From: Macrostomum lignano
Lineage: Eukaryota
NCBI GenBank assembly: GCA_002269645.1
Contig: NIVC01000126.1
Location: 744,001 to 808,000, forward strand
Direction of reading: 5' to 3'
DNA: 64,000 nucleotides
A program made the translations under genes and the position numbers. The notes under the pieces are model-generated. The model ran no database searches. It was not told the origin of the DNA and saw only the letters and a list, made by a program, of their open reading frames with translations. Positions 22,408 through 41,300 of this stretch are shown here, piece by piece (the stretch's first letter is position 1; each line of letters starts with the position of its first letter).

Positions 22408-23049
22408 ATGACCTCGGTGTACCCGGCCTCAAGAAACAACAGCTTGGCCTCAATTGGCCGGGGTCTTAGCCGGTCTCGCGACATCACCGGCAGTGGCTCG
22501 AGCGCCTTCGGGCTGGGGAACCCGCGCGGCGAGCTGGGCAACGGAGCACTGCAGAAGCGGTACGCCGGTTATGAGCCCAGCTCTGGCGAGGCTGCACTCA
22601 TCAACGCCGACTTCGCCAAGGTGGGCGCCTGTGGTCTGGTTCTACTAGTGCACGGCTTGTTCGTCTTCGTGGTCGGATCGCTGGAAGTGTCGCACTCATG
22701 CGTAACTGTCCGGCCAGGCCTGGCGCTGTTCGTTGGCATCGGGCAGCTCAGCTTGTCGACAATTTGCCTGGTGATGTACACCCTGCGGACGCTCAGGTCG
22801 AATGAGCGCCTGTTGAAAGCGCTACTCGGACTGGGCGTTGGGCTGCTGTGTCTGACCGCCGTCTACGTAGTGTCCTTCTATGCGCTGCTGTCGGTCAATG
22901 TGATACGCTGCACCTCCAATGTGAAGCTGCTGCTGGGGGCGCCGACCATCAGCTGCTTGGTGCTGGGCATCCCGGCCAACTTCCTGCCGCTGGCCGTGAT
23001 CTGGCATCACCGGCAGTACCTGGCCGAGCTGGGACAGCCGCAAGGGTGA
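22408..23049 (+). CDS. Intronless hypothetical membrane protein, 213 aa, about four predicted TM helices
   Basis: Non-repetitive GC-rich ORF with ATG in a gaagccATG context. Hydrophobic segments near aa 72-92, 104-125, 136-162 and 175-198, with spaced Cys. No family recognised. Confidence 0.6.
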   Translation: MTSVYPASRNNSLASIGRGLSRSRDITGSGSSAFGLGNPRGELGNGALQKRYAGYEPSSGEAALINADFAKVGACGLVLLVHGLFVFVVGSLEVSHSCVTVRPGLALFVGIGQLSLSTICLVMYTLRTLRSNERLLKALLGLGVGLLCLTAVYVVSFYALLSVNVIRCTSNVKLLLGAPTISCLVLGIPANFLPLAVIWHHRQYLAELGQPQG

Positions 23050-23194
23050 CTTGCATCACTAATGCTGTCTACCTGGGCCAGCTGATGGCGTCAGTGACGA
23101 ATTTTCACTTAACATCGATGATGATTGTAACAAGTGTACCGTAGTTCCAGCTCACATTGTGATGAATTCACTGCTACAACTACAACTGTTTCTC

Positions 23195-23195
23195 C

Positions 23196-23280
<85 letters not shown>

Positions 23281-23305
23281 TAGTGTCTGTCTGTCTGTCT
23301 GTCTC

Positions 23306-23392
<87 letters not shown>

Positions 23393-23437
23393 TAGTGTCT
23401 GTCTGTCTGTCTGTGTGTCTGTCTGTCTGTCTGTCTT

Positions 23438-23532
<95 letters not shown>

Positions 23533-23605
23533 TAGTGTCTGTCTGTCTGTCTGTCTCTCTGTCTGTCTGTCTGTCTGTCTGTCTGTGTGTCTGTCTGTCT
23601 GTCTT

Positions 23606-23660
<55 letters not shown>

Positions 23661-23663
23661 TAG

Positions 23664-23696
<33 letters not shown>

Positions 23697-23699
23697 TAG

Positions 23700-23764
<65 letters not shown>

Positions 23765-23771
23765 GTCTTAG

Positions 23772-23804
<33 letters not shown>

Positions 23805-23807
23805 TAG

Positions 23808-23864
<57 letters not shown>

Positions 23865-23878
23865 GCCTGTCTGTCTGT
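23195..23878. repeat. (TCTG)n / (GACA)n microsatellite
   Basis: Tandem tctg with recurrent tcttagtg interruptions, also seen at 10434-10440. Confidence 0.98.
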
Positions 23879-24219
23879 TCGATCTTAAGTAAATACTATC
23901 TACCCGTCTTTCTTAATGCTTGTGTGTCGACCTAGTTACCATGTAACATGTCTCTATGGTAAGAGTGCAGATACTGGCTAGTTCCTGTCAATGAATCTAC
24001 CGACCTGTCACCTCACCTTTGTTATTCGCTAAACCAACTCACATGAAAATCTTCACTCGCCTGCCTTCCATGGACTGTCCGTAGTTATAATCGCTCTCAT
24101 CTGTTCTTTCCAAACAGAACTTTCGGTGCAAAGATGCTGAGCTGACTTGCTTCTGCGTGCGAAGATCAAGCGCTTGTTTATTTTTCTGCTGAATTCAACC
24201 AAATCGGAATCTTTGTAAA

Positions 24220-24495
24220 GTTAGAACATCCTATTGTAGGTTAGAACATCCTATTGTAGGTTAGAACATCCTATTGTAGGTTAAAACATCCTATTGTAGG
24301 TTAGAACATCCTATTGTAGGTTAGAACATCCTATTGTAGGTTAGAACATCCTATTGTAGGTTAGAACATCCTATTGTAGGTTAGAACATCCTATTGTAGG
24401 TTAGAACATCTTACTGTAGGTTAGAACACCCAATCTGTAGGTTAGAACACCAAAATCTGTAGATTAGAACACCACAATCTGTAGGCTAGAACACC
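24220..24495. repeat. 20-bp minisatellite (GGTTAGAACATCCTATTGTA)
   Basis: About 9 near-perfect units followed by diverged longer units. Confidence 0.95.
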
Positions 24496-25224
24496 GCAGT
24501 ATTTTTTAAAGTTTACACAATAACAGAAACTTTAGTGGCTACAACTTGAGCCTACATTGAGTGAATCATAATCTATATATTCGAATGCTACTATTTCAAC
24601 TGAAACTCAAGGGACCGTCTTAAGACGACTTTTTTGACTCAAGGTTGAAAGTCGATAAACAGTTAGATGTCATTAGGGACAAGTAAAAGCCAGGGCTTAC
24701 AAAATAATCTGACAAGCTGACTGACTGTTTGTTGTAGAAAGTTCGGCACGTATTTTTCTGTGTTTTTTTTTCAATCAGTGTCGACTGCACTTAGTTAAAA
24801 ACAGAATTCAATATTTCAACCTTTGCGCGTCTCCGACAGTGCGCTGTTTTTGATACACATACAGGTCTCCGTTTCCTGCTCCTTTGTCCAGCTCAAACAA
24901 CCCGGTACAAAAATTAGAGACTGACTCGTCAGCATAACATATTGTCCAGGAAAGTATCGAAGCGAAATGCAAAATATAAATTGATGGCAGCGACTGTGAA
25001 AGCATTCCCAGGTTTGTCTATTGATTATTCTGTTTTGGCTAAATGCATGCTGACACACTTTAGTCGACTGTTTCTTCCTTGCAATGTTAATCTCGAAGTC
25101 AATAATTAGGCAAGAATCCACACAGTTTCGAGTTTGAGGTCATCTATAGCGGCCGCGGCGACAGAGGGGAGAGCTGAGATGTGTGGATTAGAAATGATAA
25201 ACACCTGATTTGTTGACGAGATCG

Positions 25225-25710
25225 CTGTTGTTGAAGAGAAACGAGAGAAGCAACTTGGTTGCTTTTGTTGATGAGAAACGAGAAACCTCTCGCGGTTGTT
25301 GATGAGAAACGAGAAGCTTCTCGCTGTTGATGAGAAACGAGAAGCTTCTCGCTGTTGTTGATGAGAAACGAGAAGCATCGCGGCTGTTGATGAGAAACTA
25401 AAAGCCTCGCGGTTGTTGAAGAGAAACGAGAAGCCTCGCGGTTGTTGATGAGAAACGAGAAGCATCGCGGTTGTTGATGAGAAACTAAAAGCCTCGCGGT
25501 TGTTGAAGAGAAACGAGAAGCCTCGCGGTTGTTGATGAGAAACGAGAAGCATCGCGGTTGTTGATGAGAAACGAGAAGCCTCGCGGTTGTTGATGAGAAA
25601 CGAGAAGCCTCGCGGTTGTTGATGAGAAACGAAAAGCCTCACATTTGTTGATGAGAAACGAGAAGCCTCGCGGTTGTTGATGAGAAACGAAAAGCCTCTC
25701 GCGGTTGTTC
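25225..25710. repeat. 29-bp minisatellite (GTTGTTGATGAGAAACGAGAAGCCTCGCG)
   Basis: About 16 tandem units. Confidence 0.93.
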
Positions 25711-26409
25711 ACATAATATTAAACCGGTTCAAATTTTGATAAAATCACTGAATATGACCAAAGACAGGGCTGGTCACACTAATGAGACAGATGAAAAATA
25801 CGATATCCAGGCCTTGGCAGATATTTGATACAAAGCCAACATGTCAACTACACATGTGCATAGTGAACAGTAGAAGGACGCTGAATTCGACTTTCTTAGA
25901 AATTAGCCTGGTTGGCCGGTAAGAAACGCATACTCACGCATCGATAGTGCATTTAAACGGTCGAGCAAAATCTGTCTGTATCGTAGGGATCAGACTATCT
26001 GTAAGATCGCAGATAGCAAGATATACTATCGCAAGAATATTGTCTAAGTAGTTTCAACAATGAGCTCCAAAGCCGACAGGCTCAAGCAAGAGAAGTATTG
26101 AAGCAAAGCTGACATCTGTGCTCCGCCCAAGTCAATGCAGCAGTTATACAGTTAGCTGAAAGCAAAACAGTCGGGACGAACAACTCTGTTAGCTGCATTC
26201 AGAGTAGAGAGGGACAGCAATTACAATCACTAACCTCTTTGCTGTTCTCCTTCAGCTGAAATTCTATCCGTTGAGACTAAATTAGGACTCTCGAACAGAC
26301 AAGCCGATCGTAGGCATTCTTCTTGCGTGGGAGCTTCGTACAATCCAACTGGGTTAACTGTAGCTTAGCATAATCTCTTCCGTATTTACTCTCCAAGCCA
26401 GTTCGCATT

Positions 26410-32788
<6,379 letters not shown>

Positions 32789-33885
32789 AGAATTGATGAA
32801 AATGACTGAAATATATTTTTGAAAGCGAAATTTCGGATTCTTGCTATTGCCCGACTGCTCGATAAAACTCGATTCGAAATTCGAATTGAAGCATGAAGAC
32901 TATGACAAAACGACATGCACAATTTTTGTCTCTCGAATTTTTTAGTAGCCCTAAACAATGAGTTCGAAGCCCTGAATAATGAGCGTACAGCGTGGGACGA
33001 TTGGCACTAAGGTCTTGCTGAAAGGAAGTGAAACATTTCCCAATTATGGCCTGAAGCCATTGAAATTTAATATCTCTATATATCACCAAACCTATAATCA
33101 ACTGTTTATTCGAGGGAGAGAGATGACATTTGAAGACGTCTATTTTTATGCTGGCAAGCAAAACAAACTGAGAGAGACGAACGTCGAACTGTCAGAGCTG
33201 CGAGTAGAGCTTAATTGCTTCTTATTATCGTGGCTTCCATCATCCTCGAGGGCTAAATGGCATCGATCAGCCCTATGAACACAGGACAACCAAATGAGAG
33301 GATAAGAACTCCCATAGCCATTGTAGAATCTTCCCCTTTTCCCCTTGGCAACATAATAGCAAGGTGATCCGAAATTTCTTTAGCCAGGAATACTGCTCGA
33401 ATCGAACTCGTTCAGCTATCCAGTTCTGTCTCGAGTTCGCTGTTAAATCCCCTTCCCCCGACCCTACAGCCAAGTACCTGCTTGTGCCTCATCGTGGCTT
33501 ATTTTGGCAGTCTCTGCCAAGCCATCCGTGTTTTTTCAAACCTCCCTAGCACCGCTCAGTTCTTCCTCTGTATCAAGTTTCCCTCTTGACGTCGCGGTCC
33601 GGTTGACTTTTTTGGTACTGGAGCGCCGAGCGCACACAAGCAGAACAAGTGAAGGCGAGAAAAGCAGAGAACAAACAGAATATCGCGAAGCAAGTCGTCA
33701 AACCTTTTAACTCGAGCTATATGCTTGGCTTTGCTTGACCTTGCAGCTGCTACAGCTAATGCATCTAGCTATTGCAGCACCAGTAAGCACGTGAAACTCA
33801 AGCTGAGCTTTAGTGTACCTTGCTGTTAAAAGGCTGCAGCTTCGAGATGCGGCAGAAATACAGGCTGAGAGTTGCGAGAGCAGGG

Positions 33886-35500
33886 GTGCCTCACTGAAGA
33901 GCCACAGTGTCTGCATGGTGACGCCTCACTAAAGAGTCACAGTGTCTGCATGGTGACGCGTCACTCAAGAGCCACAGTGTTTGCATGGTGACGCCTCACT
34001 AAAGAGCCACAGTGTCTGCATGGCTACCGGACATTTGCCCTCCGGACATTTCCCCTCTGGAAAAGTACAGGTAAGGCTGGGGATAGGGTAGGGCGCGGGT
34101 ATATATTGCTTACTAGAAAAGGATGAGTTGTTGGCTGGAGAAGAACCTGATGGATGCAAGAGGCGGGAGGATGAGGTTGGTGCTGGAGGAACGACGGGTG
34201 GGTACAGGAGGAGGTGAGGTGAGTAATGTGCGAGGGGGTAAATTTGCAGAGGGCAAATGTGCGGAGGGGAAATGTCCGGAGGGCAAATGTCCGGAGGGCA
34301 AATGTCCGGAGGGGAAATGTCCCGGAGGGCAAATGTCCGGAGGGCAAACGCCGCCGAGGGGAAGTGCCGGAGGGCAAGTGCCGGAGGGGAAGTGCCGGAG
34401 GGCAAATGTCCGGAAGCGTGTCTGCATGGTGACGCCTCACTAAAGAGCCACAGTGTCTGCATGGTGACGCGTCACTCAAGAGCCACAGTGTCTGCATGGT
34501 GACGCCTCACTAAAGAGCCACAGTGTCTGCAGTGACGCCTCACTAAAGAGCCACAGTGTCTGCATGGTGACGCCTCACTAAAGAGCCACAGTGTCTGCAT
34601 GGTGACGCGTCACTCAAGAGCCACAGTGTCTGCATGGTGACGCGTCACTCAAGAGCCACAGTGTCTGCAGTGACGCCTCACTAAAGAGCCACAGTGTCTG
34701 CATGGTGACGCGTCACTCAAGAGCCACAGTGTCTGCAGTGACGCCTCACTGAAGAGCCGCAGTTTCTGCAGTGACGCCTCCCTTAAGAGCCGCAGTGTCT
34801 GCATGGTGACGCCTCACTGAACAGTCAGTGTCTGTAGTGACGCCTCACTGAAGAGTCAGTGTCTGCAGTGACGCCTCACTGAAGAGTCAGTGCCTGCAGT
34901 GACGCCTCATTGAAGAGCCGCAGTGTCTTCAGTCCAGTGACGCCTCACTGAAGAGCCACAGTGTCTGCATGGTGACGCCTCACTGAAGAGTCAGTGTCTG
35001 CAGTGACGCCTCACTGAAGAGTCAGTCTGCAGTGACGCCTCACTGAAGAGCCGCAGTGTCTACAGTGACGCCTCATTGAAGAGTCAGTGTCTGCAGTGAC
35101 GCCTCACTGAAGAGTCAGTGCCTGCAGTGACGCCTCATTGAAGAGTCAGTGTCTGCAGTGACGCCTCACTGAAGAGTCACAGTGTCTGCAGTGACGCCTC
35201 ATTGAAGAGTCAGTGTCTGCAGTGACGCCTCACTGAAGAGTCAGTGCCTGCAGTGACGCCTCATTGAAGAGTCAGTGTCTGCAGTGACGCCTCACTGAAG
35301 AGTCACAGTGTCTGCAGTGACGCCTCAGCTCACTGAAGAGTCACAGTGTCTGCAGTGACGCCTCAGCTCACTGAAGAGTCACAGTGTCTGCAGTGACGCC
35401 TCAGCTCACTGAAGAGTCAGTGTCTGCAGTGACGCCTTACTCAAGAGCCAGGGTGTGTGTCTAAAATGGGAACTAGAGAGGCTGTAATGACGCCTCACTG
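33886..35500. repeat. 35-bp minisatellite (GAGCCACAGTGTCTGCATGGTGACGCCTCACTAAA) with shorter variants downstream
   Basis: Tandem units interrupted by the MITE at 34023-34417. Confidence 0.93.
34023..34417. mobile_element. MULE/foldback-like MITE, 395 bp, about 11-bp TSD
   Basis: TIRs GCTACCGGACATTTGCCC...GGGCAAATGTCCGGAAGC. GTGTCTGCATG is duplicated at 34012-34022 and 34418-34428. Arms are made of a 15-bp GGAGGGCAAATGTCC sub-repeat. Confidence 0.8.
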
Positions 35501-36063
35501 AGGGGACCAGAGGTTTGGTAATGACAGAAGCACAGTTGAAACAAGGACGACTGTAGTAACATATAAATCCACTTTAGTGTAGTCTTTGAGTTGAGGCTTG
35601 AGGCTTAGAATGTTTTTATTTAAGGGCAAACACGAAGTTGCCATAATATGCTTGCTTGCATCGTTTAGCATGCCCTGAATGTACAGCTCGTAATCCTTTA
35701 CCAACACGATGAGCAGATTGGGAAGTCGATACCCTTAAAAATTCTTCATCGTTTTGTGACGAAACTCAATCTGCCTGTAACTTTACTTGCATGCACACAG
35801 TTGGCCATTATACTTCTTGTCGCAAAAGATATGTAGATCGCTTGAAATCCGGTACGTTTGAAGTTTGTGTTGCGTTGCTAATGACAACAAAAGTAAGGAC
35901 TGTATTGCAACCTCTTGCTTAGGGTGTGTCATTTTTGTGACAGAAAATGACAAGAAAAAGCTTACTCTTTTGCAAACGAAGTTCTTTGAGAATCAATAAA
36001 AAGTCTTCCGTGATTCCAATTAGGAAAACTGCATTGATTGAGTCGCGTCGTAGCCGGAACAAT

Positions 36064-36409
36064 GGGACCGTAGCCCAGTGGTTTAGCGCGGCGCTCTGAT
36101 GTACCAGCGGCCCAGGCTCGATTCCAAGTGCAGTCACATTAATTTGGGACTAAATTGGAATCTCAGCTTGGCTCTGCTCGTGCAATTAACGGCCTTGAGG
36201 ACCAACCCCCAAGGCACAGTGAAGTGTACATGACTAACTATAAATAAAGTTAGGGCCGCTGTACACTCCTGTGTGAGTGTGTGCCTGTGCGTATGACTGC
36301 GTACGTATCCCCGCGCTTGTGTGCCTGCTCAGGGGAGTCGGCAGAATTGTGACAATGTCGCTTAAAGTGCGCCAGGGTGCACACAGTCCCTGCCTCTAAT
36401 AATCAAAAA
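36064..36409 (+). mobile_element. tRNA-derived SINE, copy with both Pol III boxes
   Basis: A-box-like TAGCCCAGTGG (36071-36081), B-box-like GGCTCGATTCC (36115-36125), A-rich tail. Homologous to 37415-37710. Confidence 0.75.
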
Positions 36410-37414
36410 CGAAGATAAGACGCTTCAAATTTAAATTTATAACAAAACACTTTCCGCTTCTATTTTAACAATTTCTATTTTAACAATGCTGACTCAGTCG
36501 CTCGTAAGGCCAAAGGAATAAGCATTCTATATCATAACACTGTCTCTCTTACTGTGCAAGTACTCACACTTTAACTTTCAATGACAATCAAACAACATGT
36601 AATAGCGTGAATCAAAGAAATACGAGAAAATTATGTCAACAATAGCAGATAAGGTATATTCATACATTCGTACAGTTTGCATGACAAAGGTCATCATAGA
36701 TTAGACTAGACATTATTTTCACGTTTTCAATTGACTTTGAGTTCAACGACAATTTACATTGATTTCGAAACATATCGCCCCAATTTTCAAGAGTTTCTAA
36801 ATGCTCTATATATATTACATTTTACCAAGTAGTATTAACAGCCATTTTGGACACAGAAATCTACACATGCTCAAAAACCTTAGAGAACATACAGGAAAAT
36901 TTAGTGAGTTGTTATAATAAACACACGAGAAATGTCATTGCTAAGCTACCGTGATGAAAAGCAATTTAAAGCGAAAAAATCTGGGCAAAAATATAAAGTG
37001 AAAAACGCACGCGCACTCGGCTATGTTGAGTAGCCTACTTAAAAAAGTATGCGATGCAAATTGCTAGATAGATTTGTGTCAAACTGACTTGACAGAAAAA
37101 GCAACTAGACAAAATGTATTGGAGTTAATAAAATATCTCAATCTGAATATGTATTTGCAAAATGATACCAAAGTGATGCGCAGATTGTACAGTGCCAAAA
37201 ATGACTTGGTGTACTTAATTGTTATGTCGAAAAAGTGAAGTAAATGATGTGGCGCCTTGCTCACACACAGCGGACAAAGAAAGCCATGAAAGAGCTGCTT
37301 TAACAAAGAATATTGATATTTTTTACAAAATAAAAAGCTTAATTACAGTTCTTAATTGCAGACGCGTCCTTAATTTCATGTAAAAATAGGTACTTTTATA
37401 GAGTATCATAATAT

Positions 37415-37710
37415 GGGGGGACGTATCCCAGTGGTCTGGCGCGGTACTTTATGTGACAGCGGCCCAGGCTCTGCTCGTGCAGTTAACGTCCTTGAGGGCC
37501 AACCCCCAAGGCACAGTGAAGTGTACATGCCTAACTATAAATAAAGTTAGGGCCGCTGTACACTCCTGTGTGTGTGTGTGTGCCTGTGCGTATGACTGCG
37601 TACGTATCCGCGCGCTTGTGTGCCTGCTCAGGGGAGTCGGCGGAATGGGCAGCAATGCCTCTCGCCGGTTGTGTGACAATGGAGCACAAAGCCCCCTGCC
37701 TCTAACAAAA
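37415..37710 (+). mobile_element. tRNA-derived SINE, second copy lacking the B box
   Basis: Colinear with 36064-36409 except for a 55-bp deletion between two GGCTC microhomologies. Confidence 0.75.
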
Positions 37711-38074
37711 GAGTAGCATAATTAAAAGTACAGTATTTACACAGATTTAAACAAAGATCGTTGATAAATAGCACACAGACTAATTTTTTTCTTAATCGAG
37801 CTGGTTTCTAGCGGCAGTTTTAGTTGGCATGGAAACTGAAAGACATACCACTATAGTATCTACAACACAACAGACTCGGCTGCTTGTAAAAGCAGATGGC
37901 AAAAAAGATTCTCAGACAAAGTTATTATCAAAATGTTTGAATTCCTAGAAGCAGTATTTTAATCATCAGCTACTCAATGACCATCGAGCAACATAAAACA
38001 GCATAGCAACAGCTTAGTTACCATAATCCAATGATAATGCGGTTTTAGTTGCGAATGATGCTGTATCAGTGAAG

Positions 38075-38200
38075 GATGATGCTGTGTCAGTTAGGGATGA
38101 TGCTGTGTCAGTTAGGGATGATGCTGTATCAGTGAGGGATGATGCTGTGTCAGTTAGGGATGATGCTGTGTCAGTTAGGGATGATGCTGTGTCAGTTTCG
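38075..38200. repeat. 21-bp minisatellite (GATGATGCTGTGTCAGTTAGG)
   Basis: About 6 units just downstream of the RNF11 stop codon. Confidence 0.9.
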
Positions 38201-38395
38201 GATGTTACTGTGTCGGTTGAATATGGTGCTGTGTCAATTTAGAAACAGTATTAAGTAATACGAGCGATAATATCTATAACAAAAAGGCGACGCTCATACT
38301 TGACAAAATCAGGACCCATTGTTTGATGCTCTAAAATCCGAGGCGATATTTAGCAAATTAACCAAGCTGAAAAAGTGCTATCACTAACCGGACAG

Positions 38396-41300
38396 TCAAT
38401 GATTGGCCGCGCTAGATGTAAATGTGGTTAGCAGGGCGGCATCCACTGGCTGGTTGCAGGACGGACAGGCGAAGGATCGCATCAACCAGTCATCGATGCA
38501 GTCCTTGTGGTAGGTGTGCGTGCAAGGCAGGGAGCGGAGCCGGTCGCCTTCCACGTAGTCCACCATGCAGATGACGCACCTGACAGAAGGATATTATTTA
38601 AACAAGTTTTGTCACCAAAAATTGTCAGCAATTTGTCATCAATAATTGACACGTTTTGACAGAGGCCAACACAGCGGAAAATTCTCTCTTAAGCCCTCTA
38701 AACAGCTCCCTCAAGCATCTCCATCAAACGTCTCCAAATATCTACATCAAACTTCCCCATCAAACATCCCCACCAAACGTCCCCATCAAACATCTCCATC
38801 AAACGTCCCCATCAAAAATCCTCATCAAACGTCCCCATCAAACACAATTCCATCAAACGTCCCCATCAAACATCTCCATCAAATGTCCCCATCAAACATC
38901 CTCATCAAACAACTCCATCAAACGCCCCTATCAAACAACTGTAGGGTTGCGTTTGGTTTGGTCCGTCGGGGTGGGGGCTGCTATATTAGTATATGTACTT
39001 GCATCTCGCTTTCTTCTCTGTACATGCCCACCACCCCAGTTGGGTGAGTCACTTTAATCGATATATCATCGCTGACTATTTAATCGCTCGTAAATAATCG
39101 TGCATCAAAATATACATCGTAAACTAACCCTAAATTCTCGGCTCTTACATTGGTGGCAGCGAGAACCCAGTGCAAGTGCACTCATGGCCAAGAACACCCT
39201 TCTACCGCCAAAGTTCAGTGGAACAGACGGCACTGACGTGAGAAAGTGGCTGCGCATCTTTGAGGAATTCGCCAACGATGCGAAATGGGACGACGCGACC
39301 TCAGCGTCGAAGGTGAAGCTGCTGCTCATGGGAGAAGCCCAACTGGTCGTCTGGGACCTGGCCGAGACAAGACAAAAGAGTTTTAAAAGTATAAAGGAGG
39401 ACCTCACAAAGTTTTATGGAGGCGAAGCCGACAGCTTTAAGGCCATGAGCGACTTCTACGCGAAAAAACGTGGAGATGCCGAGACACTGCGTGAGCTCTG
39501 CTTCAACCTGAAGCTGCTACACCAGAAAGCCAGACCGGAGGACTCAATTGCTCAGCGAGACCGAGATGTGCGCTTCAAGCTTCTGCAGCTGCTCAAGGCC
39601 GACATTCGTGACAACCTGCTTAAGGCAGAGGACGCAGAGACCTGCAGCCTGGAGACTCTGCTGCAGCGGGCGGCTCGGCTGGAGGAGCTGGCTGGGCGAC
39701 GGTCGGTGGCGGCAGTCGGAGCCGTCAGCGCTACATCATCGGCAGAACCAAGCGAGGACCGCCTGGACCGACTAGAGAAACGCATGGAAGAGCTCATCGC
39801 GAGGGTCAGCGTACAGTCGGGTACCGACACTCGGCGTCGCCGTCAACAGCGAGGAGGCGGCTGCTTCAACTGCGGCCAGCTCGGACACCCTGCAGCGCAG
39901 TGTCAGCAGCGAGAGAAACAGCAGGGTCCGATCATCTGCCACAAGTGCTCTGGGCGGGGGCACAAGGCCTCTGTCTGCCCATCGAAGGCTCCGGGAAACT
40001 TTTAAGGGTTGGTGCAACGGGTGCGGGACCCACACCAACCCCAAGGAGCAATCCCGTGCTTCATGCTATTTTTATACCTGGAGAGGCAAACGGCAAGCCG
40101 TGCCGCTGGCTGCTGGACACCGGAGCGCAGACCTCGCTGATCAGCGACGTTGCTTTGAGAGAGCTGGACGGTCGCTGCGAGCTGAAGCCGGCAGATGTCA
40201 GGCCTGTGTCCGTGGACGGCTCCGTTCTCGAGCTGTTAGGAAGCGTGAGCATTACGGTGCGACTCAGTCATCAGCTGCGCAGACAAATGGACGTGCTGGT
40301 GGTCAGAGGGATTCGCCCAAACTTCATCCTGGGGATGGATTTCGTGAGCAAGGCGGCCAGATCGCAGTTTAGCATCGACCAGGGTGCCAAGACAGTCGCA
40401 TTCGATGGTGAGGCGGTTCCGTTCAGTAACTGCGATTCCAAGCAAGATGGCCCGCTGTCTTGTTGCTTAGTACCCACAGTGATCATCGCCAGAGTTCAGG
40501 GCGCCGTCGTGGTACCGCCAAGGTCAGTTAAAGTGGTGGACGTGACGACCGAGACCAAGCAGGCACATGGCATCTTCGAGCCGTCACAGGAATTCATCGA
40601 CAGAATCATCGGGGTGCTGCCCGGCCGCGTGTTCGCGGTGTCTTCAGAGAGCGGCAAGATTCCGGTTCAGGTGTGCAACCTCAGCTGCAGCCCGGTCACG
40701 CTGTTCTCCAACCAGAGCATCGGCACCTTCGAGAGCGCGGAGGTTATTGACGAGGACGAGGACGTGCACGAGTGGCGAGGCCCCGCAGACCAGTTCAACA
40801 TCAATCCGGAGCTGCCGGAGGAGGACAGCAACCGTTTAGTAATGCTGCTGAGGGCATTTGCCGACGTTGTCTCAGTCCATGAGTTCGACGTTGGTACGAG
40901 CAGCGCAGCGCAGCACAAGATTGAGCTGGACAACGGTGCTCGCCCGATTCGCCAACGGCCTCGGCGGGTGCCTCACGCCTTCAGGAGGCAAGTGGACGAG
41001 AAGCTGGAGCAGATGCGACAACACGGCGTCATCGAGCCCTCCACCAGCCCGTGGGCGAGCAACCTGATAATCGTCAGAAAGAAGAATAATGACATCCGAG
41101 TCTGTGTTGACTGGCGGGCGCTGAACAACCTCACAGTGAAGGACGCCCACCCGCTGCCGCATTTGCACCAAGCGCTCGACTCCTTGGCTGGCTGCTCATG
41201 GTTCTCTACGATCGACATGCGCCAAGGCTTCCTTCAGGTGGAGGTCAGAGAGGAGGATCGGCCGTTGACAGCGTTCTACACTCCGAGCGGCCTGATGCAA

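Noticed and set aside
32844-33916. Cluster of short ORFs, possibly a decayed retroelement
   Set aside because: No RT, endonuclease or gag motif and no terminal structures were identified.
36064-36135. tRNA gene
   Set aside because: A and B boxes are present, but I could not fold a cloverleaf or find a poly-T terminator, and the sequence continues into a repeated SINE body.
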